37,960 nucleotides of DNA from a virus (taxonomy: Duplodnaviria; Heunggongvirae; Uroviricota; Caudoviricetes), in IMG/VR virus record IMGVR_UViG_2588253749_000006; one strand, 5' to 3'. Below the pieces are notes generated by a model. That model searched no databases and had not been told where the DNA came from. It saw only the letters and a list, made by a program, of their open reading frames with translations. The translations under genes and the position numbers were made by a program. Positions 1 through 8,553 of this stretch are shown one piece after another; position 1 is the first letter of the stretch, and each line of letters opens with the position of its first letter.

Positions 1-390
1 TTACTCTTTTTTCTCCGTATCTGCATCGGGTTCATCAGCAAATAGCTTGCCCTGCATCCGATCCAGTTCTTCTTTTCTTACCCGCTTAACCACGCTGTAG
101 ACCCACTGAAGCGAAACACCAAATTTGCGGGCCAGTTCGTGGTGGTTGCGTCCGTTAAACTCCCTGAAGATTTCCCGGTCGCGCTGACTGACCTTCCATA
201 CCATGCCCATTGGGAAATAAACGTTTTGCCCGCCCCAGACCTGCATCATTCGGTTCGCGACAGCCTGACCAATCTGGTCGGCAATTGCGGGCTCAATATC
301 AATAATCTCGCGAACGGTCTCAGAGGTATGCTGTGCCAGTTCCACCAGGAGTTCCGGCCCTTTACTTCGAAACTGATTCAGGTCGCTCAT
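1..390 (-). CDS. mor: Mor/C-family transcription activator (middle/late gene activator)
   Basis: 129 aa; C-terminal HTH region FNGRNHHELARKFGVSLQWVYSVVKR and NVYFPMG motif match my recollection of Mu Mor/C; sits at the distal end of the early operon directly after the GemA-like gene, as in Mu. Confidence 0.65.
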   Translation of the reverse strand: MSDLNQFRSKGPELLVELAQHTSETVREIIDIEPAIADQIGQAVANRMMQVWGGQNVYFPMGMVWKVSQRDREIFREFNGRNHHELARKFGVSLQWVYSVVKRVRKEELDRMQGKLFADEPDADTEKKE

Positions 391-814
391 GTTTTACTCC
401 CGCAGCTCTGCGCTGCCACTTCTTCAGTTTCTCAATAACACTGCTTGCCTGTTCAGTATTGAGCCAGCGCAGGGCGCTGATGCCCGTTTCCCGCTTGATC
501 CACCGCGCTAATGCATTTTCTGAACGGTCACGAACAATGCCGGCAGCAGCCATTTCAATCCATAGCGCACGGATTTTCCTGGACTGCGGATGGTTATCCA
601 GCGGTAAACCGGAGCTGGCTTTTCCGGCAGGCTTAACGCGAAAGCCTTTCCTTTTCATGGATTCCAGCACGCAGTTTAGTTGTGTGGTATCCATTCCTTT
701 GGTTGAGGCTTTACCGGTCAGCCCCTGTAACATCTGGCGGTAGGTGTCTTCATCCATACCCAGTTCATTACGGGCAATATGAATGAGCTGGATAAGACGT
801 TGTTTAGTCATCAT
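362..814 (-). CDS. GemA-like early protein (Mu gp16 family, DUF1018-like)
   Basis: Track ORF 362..853; start trimmed to tandem ATG ATG preceded by AAGGAG; motif KIRALWIEMAAAGIVRDRSENALARWIKRETGISALRWL resembles the Mu GemA family from memory. Confidence 0.55.
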   Translation of the reverse strand: MMTKQRLIQLIHIARNELGMDEDTYRQMLQGLTGKASTKGMDTTQLNCVLESMKRKGFRVKPAGKASSGLPLDNHPQSRKIRALWIEMAAAGIVRDRSENALARWIKRETGISALRWLNTEQASSVIEKLKKWQRRAAGVKHERPESVSK

Positions 815-1019
815 CGTTGCTCCTTTTACCTGCGCCACCGATATAATCGACATATAAAGGAAGCGCCACAGGCCAGCACAGGAACATCACCGACCAGCTA
901 ATCCAGTAGCCGGCACCACTGTAACGTGAATAAAACCCTGAACGGCGGTGCAGTTCAGCAGTACACCAACCGACAAAACAATACCAGAACATGGCACATA
1001 CAACAGATTCAGCAGTCAT
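804..1019 (-). CDS. small hydrophobic early protein (hypothetical)
   Basis: Internal Met of track ORF 804..1175; about 71 aa with two hydrophobic stretches; stop overlaps the next start. Confidence 0.3.
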   Translation of the reverse strand: MTAESVVCAMFWYCFVGWCTAELHRRSGFYSRYSGAGYWISWSVMFLCWPVALPLYVDYIGGAGKRSNDDD

Positions 1020-1239
1020 TCTGAATATCCCCCCAACTGATATGAATATTACGGGCAGCAATGACAGGGTCGTTATTCCACCATGCACCTGACATGTATT
1101 TTTCAACCTGTTCGCGTCCGGCAATAACACCAATTGTGATCCCCGGCCTGACGTTCTTAAAAAAGGCGCGGGCAAAAAGGTATCTGGCAGATATTCGGCA
1201 GGCTTTTAATTTCCGGCTGTTACCTGATAGCGTAATCAT
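1009..1239 (-). CDS. hypothetical early protein
   Basis: 76-aa ORF; start overlaps the stop of the upstream gene (ATGA-type coupling). Confidence 0.3.
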   Translation of the reverse strand: MITLSGNSRKLKACRISARYLFARAFFKNVRPGITIGVIAGREQVEKYMSGAWWNNDPVIAARNIHISWGDIQNDC

Positions 1240-1916
1240 CTGGCCTCCAGTTTCTGTTGTTCCTGCCCACTGACCGGGCGGTGCAGTCTGACGTTCTGCC
1301 CTTCACGAAACCCCGCATAGCGCGAGGCGCCGCCATTGCGGCTTCTTCCTTTACGCGCCCTGGTGGTTTGCGTTTGCGGGTATTTATGTTCCAGCCACTG
1401 CTGCATCAGTTCACGTTCGTCATCGGTCAGGGCGAAGGACTGTATTTCACTGATAACGGCCAGCACCCAGCCTTCAGCAAACTGGTCACCACGGCTGGTA
1501 CGGGTGGCAGTTTTTATTCTTTTGTTCTGTGCGCTGATATATTGCTGACGCGCCTTTTTCAGCTGGCGGGCCAGCACTTCCCAGGTGTACGCAGCCAGTG
1601 CAGCCCGTTCCCGGTTGCCGTAGAACCCCACACCCGGATATGTGCCGGGGTGAATGATGGAGTTAACACCAAATGCCTCGCGGATGATGTTCATCAGGCC
1701 CAGCATGTAGCGCGGTGGACGGAGGCTGCCTGTCGGCCAGTAGTGACTGATGGTTTCATCAATATCACTCATGGCGATGTCGGAATGTGTGATGCCGTGA
1801 ACATCCATCAGTTTACGGGCACGGCGCAGTGCCAGAGCGGCCTCGTGAGGGTTGCCGGATGCGGCCAGCGCCAGCAACTTTTTCAGTTTCTCAATGTGTT
1901 TATCCTGGTCTGTCAT
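1236..1916 (-). CDS. early protein with DUF2786-like N-terminus
   Basis: 226 aa; N-terminal KLKKLLALAASGNPHEAALALRRARKLM resembles the DUF2786 signature from memory. Confidence 0.45.
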   Translation of the reverse strand: MTDQDKHIEKLKKLLALAASGNPHEAALALRRARKLMDVHGITHSDIAMSDIDETISHYWPTGSLRPPRYMLGLMNIIREAFGVNSIIHPGTYPGVGFYGNRERAALAAYTWEVLARQLKKARQQYISAQNKRIKTATRTSRGDQFAEGWVLAVISEIQSFALTDDERELMQQWLEHKYPQTQTTRARKGRSRNGGASRYAGFREGQNVRLHRPVSGQEQQKLEAR

Positions 1917-2219
1917 TGTTCAGTATCTCCGGTGTACATGACGCCCAGCCGTGCGGCAAGGCGTTCCAGTTTTTTCTGTTTGTGGAAGTCAATCAGCCGG
2001 TCCATCCCCTGAAGGCGCAGCTGCTCTGCCATGATTTCCACGTCTGCCAGCTCTGCCGCGAGGTCACTTTCGCTGCCCTGTCCGTTCAGGTTGCGGGCGG
2101 CACTGGCCGCCAGTTTCGGCGGCCTCTTCTGTCAGTTTCAGGGCCTGTGCATCCGGCCCGAAACGCTGCAGAGCCAGACGGTAGAGGGCGGTGCGGGTGA
2201 GTTCGGTGTTTCGTGTCAT
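1913..2219 (-). pseudogene. possible frameshifted small early gene (two short frames between coupled neighbours)
   Basis: No ORF of 60 aa or more on the coding strand in a ~300 bp slot of an otherwise tightly packed operon; RBS plus ATG at the 5' end and a stop overlapping the next ATG at the 3' end lie in different frames. Confidence 0.3.
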
Positions 2220-2228
2220 GTCGCGCCC

Positions 2229-2501
2229 TCAGTGCTTCCGGTCGACGGTGATGTGCAGGCCGCCTTCTGCAGTAGTTTCCATCCGGTACGGCACCTCATG
2301 CTCTGCCGTGTGGGTGAGTGTGTTCACCAGTACCTGCAGGGCAGCCTCCTTTCCGTTGGTCGCCACAATAGCCTGCGCGGCCATGCTGATTAATTTGGTT
2401 AATACCAGCCGGATATGGTTGGGGGTTTTACAACCACATTCACGGATATATTCCGCGACAATTTCGCGGGTCCGTTTTTCTGCGTCCTGTGGGGTAATCA
2501 T
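2229..2501 (-). CDS. hypothetical early protein
   Basis: 90-aa ORF; start overlaps the stop of the upstream gene. Confidence 0.45.
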   Translation of the reverse strand: MITPQDAEKRTREIVAEYIRECGCKTPNHIRLVLTKLISMAAQAIVATNGKEAALQVLVNTLTHTAEHEVPYRMETTAEGGLHITVDRKH

Positions 2502-2692
2502 TGCGCGTCCTCCCTGTCAGGGCGGAAGAATTCCATGACGGGCACGTCCGCCGAAAAATGCTGGCTGCAGTACGGACAGACCAGGGTGACACGTACTGCA
2601 GGTACGTGGTACTTACCGGACATCACGGCGATGGCGCTGTGAAAACGCAGGGCTGTTATATCCCTCTCGCACTGAATACATTTAAATATCAT
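2498..2692 (-). CDS. small Cys-pair (zinc-ribbon-like) early protein
   Basis: 64 aa with CxxC ... CPYC pairs (IQCERD ... CPYCSQ); GAGGAG RBS upstream. Confidence 0.45.
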   Translation of the reverse strand: MIFKCIQCERDITALRFHSAIAVMSGKYHVPAVRVTLVCPYCSQHFSADVPVMEFFRPDREDAQ

Positions 2693-2789
2693 AATTTAAT
2701 TCTCCTCTGTTTCCGGCGTGCAGAAGCCCACGGCGCTGACGCCGGAATAAAAAAGAAAATGTTTTTATTAAATAATTAACGTGGTGTGT

Positions 2790-3320
2790 TTACTGCACAT
2801 CCTGCTCAAAAGGAATTATTGAAAAATCCTCAATATCACTTTTTATGGTAATACCGGGAATATTTTTCACGGCCTCTTTTTCATTCAGAATGGCATCTTT
2901 ATTTATTTCCTCTTTTACACGAATAAAGCGCTCAAGCCCCAGACGTCTCAGTAGTTCAATAACATTATCCGCTCCACGGATACTGACTGATGGCGGACGG
3001 TTTCGCCACTGCACCTCGCCGGTGGTGAGGTTAGCGAACTTCACCTTCCCGTTGCCGGTCAGTTCATCACGGTGTGCCTCACACCATGTCTGAATACCGG
3101 ACTGCAGTTCGGCCATGCGTTTTTTTAGGCTCTCGGTGAGCGGGGCATAACGTGCGGTGATATCGCCAATGGCGTCATTCATTTCTGTTTCAGCCCTGAC
3201 CAGTTCACGTTGTGCGTCACCGAGCAGTCTGATTCCCTCAATGACCTCTTCGCGTGTCCCCGGTACCCAGAGTGCCGCTGCGGACTTGATACGTTTTGCC
3301 CCTTTTGTACTTTTTGCCAT
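2790..3320 (-). CDS. gam: Gam host-nuclease inhibitor (Mu Gam family)
   Basis: 176 aa; extended similarity to Mu Gam as I recall it (KRIKSAAA ... ETEMNDAI ... WCEANRDELT ... SVSIRG ... GLERFIR ... EDFSIIPFEQ). Confidence 0.85.
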   Translation of the reverse strand: MAKSTKGAKRIKSAAALWVPGTREEVIEGIRLLGDAQRELVRAETEMNDAIGDITARYAPLTESLKKRMAELQSGIQTWCEAHRDELTGNGKVKFANLTTGEVQWRNRPPSVSIRGADNVIELLRRLGLERFIRVKEEINKDAILNEKEAVKNIPGITIKSDIEDFSIIPFEQDVQ

Positions 3321-3347
3321 ATCTTATGATTTCTCCAGTTGTGCTGA

Positions 3348-3617
3348 TTACCACAAAGATTCCGGCCACACGACGCGACAGCCGTGCAGTTCGAAAACGC
3401 CCTGACGGAAATATCCCCTGTGGTCATGTCCGGTATACAGATAACAGGCCTTTCCCTGCTCAAGCATGCGCATGCAATGCGCACTCCGGGAAACGCGGAT
3501 GACAGGTTTGTTACCCCTGATGGTGATGCTTTGTACATCCGTGTTCGTCGCCTTAAGCGCCATAATGGCTGACTGCACTTTGCTGATTTGCTGGTTGATA
3601 CCTGTGGTGGATTTCAT
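3348..3617 (-). CDS. hypothetical early protein (occupies the position of kil in Mu)
   Basis: 89-aa ORF directly downstream of the MuB-like gene; no recognisable motif. Confidence 0.4.
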   Translation of the reverse strand: MKSTTGINQQISKVQSAIMALKATNTDVQSITIRGNKPVIRVSRSAHCMRMLEQGKACYLYTGHDHRGYFRQGVFELHGCRVVWPESLW

Positions 3618-3619
3618 TA

Positions 3620-4813
3620 TTAAACCCCTTTGACAACGTCAGCGTTGACCTGTGGAACCCCGATTTCAGCGGCCAGATTCATGGCGGCTATCACCAGGTT
3701 ACTGACGGCCAGCGGATACAACAGGCTGACCATATTTTTACGATGACTTCCCGGATTGCTCAGGCGGGCACGTATGGCATCCACTGCACTGGCGTCCATA
3801 ATGTCCGTCAGTTGTTTACCTGCCCGTTGCAGTTTGAACGTCAGAAACTCTTCAAGGTTATTGTCCAGAGGCAGAAGTTCGACCACCTCACAGCGCTGAA
3901 CGACTTCACGGACTTCCATATTGCGTTCAGACAGTTTTGTCGCCAGTTCCGGCTGGCCAATCAGCACGATGGACAGCAGTTTTTTGAAACCGGACTCCAG
4001 CTCAAAAAAGCGTTTGAGGTGTTTCAGTGTCGGAATGGGCAGACTGTGGGCCTCCTCAATCACCAGAACGTGGCTGAACCCCGCCTGGCTGCTGTCTTTC
4101 AGGACGCGATGCAACTGGCGAAAGCGGGCGTCCTGACTGCGTCTGATGCTTTCCAGTGGTGCGATGGTACTGATAATGGCTTCGGCAATAGCTGCTGCCT
4201 TCAGGGTTTTCCCTTTCACATCGTTGTCTTCCATAGCGATGATGTATGGCTCGATAACAATTACCGGCGCATTCTCGCGGTTGATACGTTCAGTCAGGTC
4301 GCGGCGCAGCGTGGATTTACCCGCACCGGACTCACCGATGACGGCCATAAACCCACCATGACGGGCTGTCTGGTACAACGCCTCACGCACGTAGCGAATG
4401 TCCGGGGTGGTGAACACATCATCAGAACCCTGCATGGCTTCGTCGGCGAACGGGTCACGGAAAAGACCAAACGCTTTTTTGGTTGCCGGGAATAACACCT
4501 GTTTTTTGAGTAACATATTCTCTTCCTCACTGAGGCTCGTTTTATCTGTGGTACCCGCTGTACGGGGAGTGGCCGCGCCCTGTACAGCATCAAAACTCTT
4601 CGCTGTATCAATCCCCTGACTTTCCAGCCAGGACGCAAGACGCCGGCGCACTTCTCCGGGGCTGGTGCGGGGCCACGCGTTATGATTCACAATCTGGGCC
4701 AGCGTGGCCTCAGAAACATCGACAGCTCTCGCCACCACCGCCTGTGGAATACGGGCCTCTTTCAGTTGCTGCTTCAGTACCAGCATGTTTCCCTCCTCAG
4801 TTGCCGTTAACAA
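3620..4813 (-). CDS. MuB-like AAA+ transposition ATPase
   Basis: Walker A GESGAGKST; N-terminal HTH-like region; immediately downstream of and overlapping the transposase gene; true start may be the internal MLVLKQQ. Confidence 0.75.
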   Translation of the reverse strand: MLTATEEGNMLVLKQQLKEARIPQAVVARAVDVSEATLAQIVNHNAWPRTSPGEVRRRLASWLESQGIDTAKSFDAVQGAATPRTAGTTDKTSLSEEENMLLKKQVLFPATKKAFGLFRDPFADEAMQGSDDVFTTPDIRYVREALYQTARHGGFMAVIGESGAGKSTLRRDLTERINRENAPVIVIEPYIIAMEDNDVKGKTLKAAAIAEAIISTIAPLESIRRSQDARFRQLHRVLKDSSQAGFSHVLVIEEAHSLPIPTLKHLKRFFELESGFKKLLSIVLIGQPELATKLSERNMEVREVVQRCEVVELLPLDNNLEEFLTFKLQRAGKQLTDIMDASAVDAIRARLSNPGSHRKNMVSLLYPLAVSNLVIAAMNLAAEIGVPQVNADVVKGV

Positions 4814-6566
4814 TGCTGATAACGCTGCTGCGGGCCGGCGTGGTCAGCGTGGCCATTACTTCATCCAGTGCGGCTTCCGGTACGCCGTCCGGGTACTGTG
4901 CCGTTAACTGGCGGTAATGTTCCGGCGTCCAGGTAAGGCCGTCGGCGCTGAACTTATCGCGTAGGGCTTTCGCGGCCTCCACATGAGTCATGGGACGTTG
5001 TTCAGTGCGCGGTCTGCGTACATCAGAGACCTGACCGCGCTTCGGTATACAGGCCGGAAGTGTGGCGTCATCAATATGTTTATACGGGTCAAGCCGCCCG
5101 CCGAACGGCAGCGCCTTCGCCTTGCGTGCGGCAGCTGCATCTGCGGCGTTGTCTGTACCGGTGACCAGCGCTTCGGTTTCTTTTGCCGCCGTCTGTGCCG
5201 GTGTTTCCGGCAGGGCTTTGTAACTTTCGCCAAATACCGCCGCGCCTTCAGCAAAGCCAAACTCGTTCTTTCTGACCTCTTCGACCAGGAAGAACGTCTC
5301 GTGGCCGTCCTCACCGGTCAGAACCACCTGTGCCACATCGCTGCGCCATGGGTTACGGGTAATCATCAGTTTTTCACCAACCAGTACGCCCGGTACCGTT
5401 GATACGTCAAATTCAGTGCCCCGGAACGAGACACGAAGTTTTGGCGTGACTTTGCGGAGTTCTGGTGTCGCCACAGCCAGTTCACGGCATACCTCAACGG
5501 AAGGCGCTTTTTTCAGCTGCTCAGCAGTAATCTTCAGCCAGATATCCGTGCGGGTTTTACCGTGGCGGCTGTGAACAGCTGTTGCGTTAAAGTGGCTACG
5601 CCATTTCGCGGCCAGCGCGTTGAGTTCTTCCAGACTGTGAACCGGCCGGAATTTCAGACCCGGCTCAAGCTTGCGTTCGATAATGTCACGCGCCTTTTCC
5701 ACCTGTCCGGTGGCGCGGGCGTTATGCGGCTTGTGCGCTATCAGGTCGATGCCCAGTGAGCGGCACATGTTTTTCGTCATACCCGCGGTGTTTGCCGAGC
5801 CGGGGTCGAGATAGAGTATTTTCGGCACGCCGTGCAGCACGTCTGCGCCGCCACGCTCCTGCATGGCGTTGATAAGCACAGAACACAGGTTCTCACCGGA
5901 TTCCGCACCCGTCACATACTCAACGTAAATCCAGCCGCTGGCATGGTCGGTAATCTCGTAACTCCACACGCGGTCACTGGCGATACGGGCAAGGTTAGCG
6001 GGTTTGTTCTTGTAGAACTTCGCGCTGTCCATCACCTGCAGCCCTTTGTGTCCATTGCTCAGGTAGTAAAGCGTGCAGAGCGAGGCATCAATCTGCCAGA
6101 CGTGATTGGGATGCAGACTGGCCACTTCGGTATGCGGCGCAGGGGCATCCAGTTGTTCCGGGTGCAGGCCATAGTTACGCAAGGCACGACTGATGGCATC
6201 TTCGGACAACGGGAAAAACTCACCGGTGGTTTCATCTGTTCTGCCTGCGGAGATAAAGCCGTTAGCCCGCAGGGTTTCCACTGCATCTGCGATGGAATAG
6301 AGACGCTTACCGTTCTTGCGGGTGGCCTCACGCAGTGTGGCAGATATCAGCGCGGCTTCGTCGCGGGTCAGGGCGCTGCGCCCGGCATCGGCGCGTTTTT
6401 TGCGTTTATCAGTCACAGATACCTCCTTCAGCTTGCGCAGCAGAGTGGCGCGGGACATGCCAAGTTCAGCACAGGCAGCGTCGTATATTGCACCGCGTTT
6501 ACCATGCCCCGCGTCACGTGCCGCGCGGGCGACATAAACCAGTCGTTCAGTCAGGGCAGCATTCAT
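4797..6566 (-). CDS. Mu A-type DDE transposase
   Basis: 589 aa; N-terminal HTH; HVWQIDAS and YLDPGS candidate DDE blocks; followed by the MuB-like gene. Confidence 0.8.
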   Translation of the reverse strand: MNAALTERLVYVARAARDAGHGKRGAIYDAACAELGMSRATLLRKLKEVSVTDKRKKRADAGRSALTRDEAALISATLREATRKNGKRLYSIADAVETLRANGFISAGRTDETTGEFFPLSEDAISRALRNYGLHPEQLDAPAPHTEVASLHPNHVWQIDASLCTLYYLSNGHKGLQVMDSAKFYKNKPANLARIASDRVWSYEITDHASGWIYVEYVTGAESGENLCSVLINAMQERGGADVLHGVPKILYLDPGSANTAGMTKNMCRSLGIDLIAHKPHNARATGQVEKARDIIERKLEPGLKFRPVHSLEELNALAAKWRSHFNATAVHSRHGKTRTDIWLKITAEQLKKAPSVEVCRELAVATPELRKVTPKLRVSFRGTEFDVSTVPGVLVGEKLMITRNPWRSDVAQVVLTGEDGHETFFLVEEVRKNEFGFAEGAAVFGESYKALPETPAQTAAKETEALVTGTDNAADAAAARKAKALPFGGRLDPYKHIDDATLPACIPKRGQVSDVRRPRTEQRPMTHVEAAKALRDKFSADGLTWTPEHYRQLTAQYPDGVPEAALDEVMATLTTPARSSVISIVNGN

Positions 6567-6569
6567 TGG

Positions 6570-7481
6570 TTATGCCTCCAGCCCGTTAATCTGTGGCGTC
6601 GGCTCAGTCAGCCATGAAGGCGCGACATCGCCTGTTGGCTCGTCCGGCAGGTCAAATGTGGAGCGCAGGCTACGCGCTGTGCTTTCCAGTTGACAGACCA
6701 GGCCTGCCATGAAGTCTCTGGGGGTATCAATCATGTTTTCAGCACAATATGCGCACAGTGTCTCAAAAGCGCTGGACAGTCGAACGGCGATGGCAGATTC
6801 CGCCTCAACCGCTAACGCGGTCACTTCCGCCCGCAGTTTCTTCACCTCTTCATCAGGCTCAGGTGGCTGAATACGGGATTTCTTCTCCAGTCTGGTGGAG
6901 AGTGAGTCTATTTTTTCATTTTTATCGGCGAGAACACGCTGTTGTGCTGCGTTGGTTTCGCGCGCTTCACGCAGGGCCTGACGCAATTCACGTACTGACA
7001 TGCGATCAACATCGTCAAGCGTCATGCCGGCAACTGTGCCGCCGTCGGCCAGTTCGGCAAGCTCTTCGTCGTCTTCTGTCATTAATTCGAAAAGTTTGGC
7101 TTTTCCCAAATGTGCCAACGTTGGCACATTTGGTTTCAGCGCCGGGGATAAGTATTTTGTCGATGCTTGCATCATTCTCACAGATGTCCGGTATGCCAGC
7201 CCCAACTCACTTTCAAGAATCTTTATAAACTCCCCGTGTGGTTCATTTTCCTTAAGGATTATCAGCCGCTTACCTGCCTCCAGCATGGCCTCAGCGCTCT
7301 GTGCCATATAAAAGCGTGCCTCATGGACAACACGATCGCGCTCATAGGGCAGACCATCGCCGAACTGTTGCATGATTTCCATGCGATGCTGTGTCATGGC
7401 GTTTAGACTGACATTGAGATCATCCGACAGCGGTACCTCGACGTTCAGTTCAGTGCTAACCGGTGATTTGGTGCGTCCCAT
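6570..7481 (-). CDS. hypothetical early protein (coiled-coil region)
   Basis: 303-aa ORF between the wHTH gene and the transposase; no counterpart in the Mu ner-A-B arrangement. Confidence 0.45.
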   Translation of the reverse strand: MGRTKSPVSTELNVEVPLSDDLNVSLNAMTQHRMEIMQQFGDGLPYERDRVVHEARFYMAQSAEAMLEAGKRLIILKENEPHGEFIKILESELGLAYRTSVRMMQASTKYLSPALKPNVPTLAHLGKAKLFELMTEDDEELAELADGGTVAGMTLDDVDRMSVRELRQALREARETNAAQQRVLADKNEKIDSLSTRLEKKSRIQPPEPDEEVKKLRAEVTALAVEAESAIAVRLSSAFETLCAYCAENMIDTPRDFMAGLVCQLESTARSLRSTFDLPDEPTGDVAPSWLTEPTPQINGLEA

Positions 7482-7491
7482 TGATTACTCC

Positions 7492-7800
7492 TTACAAACG
7501 ACTACCTGAAATAACACGTTGGTTGATTTCGTTAATGCGATCCTGTGCACGTGCCATCTCGTTACTGTGGGCCATGGCGATCTGCAGCAACTGGATGCCT
7601 GGTGCGAAACGCCCGTTTTCCAGTTTCAGGGCTAGTCCCTCTTCGATAAGGGTATTGAGTGCTCGATTGATGTTCGCCGGGGACTCATCTAGGGCTGATG
7701 CCAGTTCACCGTTAGAAACACCGTTCAGAGAGTGACCGCGTAGAGCTTTGAGTACACGTAGGATGCGGGTCCCGGAACTGGAGATATTTACTTTACTCAT
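7492..7800 (-). CDS. winged-HTH DNA-binding protein (IclR-like N-terminal HTH only)
   Basis: Internal Met MSKVNISS of track ORF 7492..7863; GTRILRVLKAL ... GELASALDESPANINRALNTLIEEGLA. Confidence 0.45.
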   Translation of the reverse strand: MSKVNISSSGTRILRVLKALRGHSLNGVSNGELASALDESPANINRALNTLIEEGLALKLENGRFAPGIQLLQIAMAHSNEMARAQDRINEINQRVISGSRL

Positions 7801-7852
7801 GTCACATTTCCATTTTTGCAATATGTGATAACCTGTTGCATATATGGAAAAT

Positions 7853-8041
7853 TTATGCCGCATTTGACGTGGGTTTTAATCCCAGCTTTACGGCAATTTC
7901 ATGGGCTTTGCCGTAACGAGCTTTGGTCTGTCCATTGAGAACACGATAGACCTCATTGCGGCTGTAGCCGTGTTCTTCGGCCCAGCGGGTAAACGTGATA
8001 CCACGCTGACGGAAGAGAGTTTTAACTTGTTCGGAAGTCAT
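7853..8041 (-). CDS. Ner-like small DNA-binding regulator
   Basis: 62 aa; GITFTRWAEEHGYSRNEVYRVL ... HEIAVKLGLKP resembles the Ner/Nlp fold; first gene of the leftward operon, divergent from the repressor. Confidence 0.5.
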   Translation of the reverse strand: MTSEQVKTLFRQRGITFTRWAEEHGYSRNEVYRVLNGQTKARYGKAHEIAVKLGLKPTSNAA

Positions 8042-8130
8042 TGTTGTCTCCTTTGTTGATGCAATGATGTTTGTTTTATATGTGATAGATTATGAGAACT
8101 ATTGTTCTCATTGTCAATGAGGTTTATGTG
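8040..8130. promoter_or_regulatory. divergent early/repressor control region with operator-like palindrome
   Basis: Short AT-rich gap between divergent ner-like and repressor genes; perfect inverted repeat TGAGAACTATTGTTCTCA at about 8093..8110. Confidence 0.4.
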
Positions 8131-8553
8131 AATTTTGATTCTCTTTGCGCGTCGCGGTTCAAAGCTGAGCGTTCGCGGTTATCACTCAAGCAGGCTGAAG
8201 TAGCAGCCCTTTGTGGCGTTTCAAGAGAAATGTGGGGGAAATATGAACGAGGGGTTGCAGTTCCCGGAGGTGAGTTACTTGCAGCCTTTGCAAGAATTGG
8301 GGCCAACGTACAGTTCATTCTTACTGGGGAATCATCAGGTATAACTTTATCACGTGATGAAATGGAGTTACTTCAGCACTACCGGCAAGCACCGTTACAA
8401 GTCAAAGGTTCAGTTTTGTCGGCATTGACGACTGGCTCCTCCAGAGAACGGGCGGAACAGGTTATTCATGGAGATGTTCTGGGGAATGTTATCAAAGGTA
8501 ACGTAACCATAGGAACAGGTGGAATAATGAACAAAAATACAAAGAGAAAATGA
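8092..8553 (+). CDS. XRE-family HTH repressor (immunity repressor candidate)
   Basis: HTH LSLKQAEVAALCGVSREMWGKYERG; divergent from the ner-like gene; true start may be the GTG near 8128 because the annotated ATG overlaps a palindrome. Confidence 0.65.
   Translation: MRTIVLIVNEVYVNFDSLCASRFKAERSRLSLKQAEVAALCGVSREMWGKYERGVAVPGGELLAAFARIGANVQFILTGESSGITLSRDEMELLQHYRQAPLQVKGSVLSALTTGSSRERAEQVIHGDVLGNVIKGNVTIGTGGIMNKNTKRK

Noticed and set aside
1257-2012. 251-aa plus-strand ORF
   Set aside because: Antisense to the packed leftward early operon; the sense strand has coupled genes with RBSs.
2714-2745. Hairpin between gam and the next early gene, considered as a terminator
   Set aside because: On the transcribed (minus) strand the T-run precedes rather than follows the stem, and the stem is followed at once by a GAGGAG RBS and ATG; more likely an intra-operon structure.
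3743-4495. 250-aa plus-strand ORF
   Set aside because: Antisense to the MuB-like gene, which carries a clear Walker A motif on the other strand.
5832-6617. 261-aa plus-strand ORF
   Set aside because: Antisense to the transposase gene.
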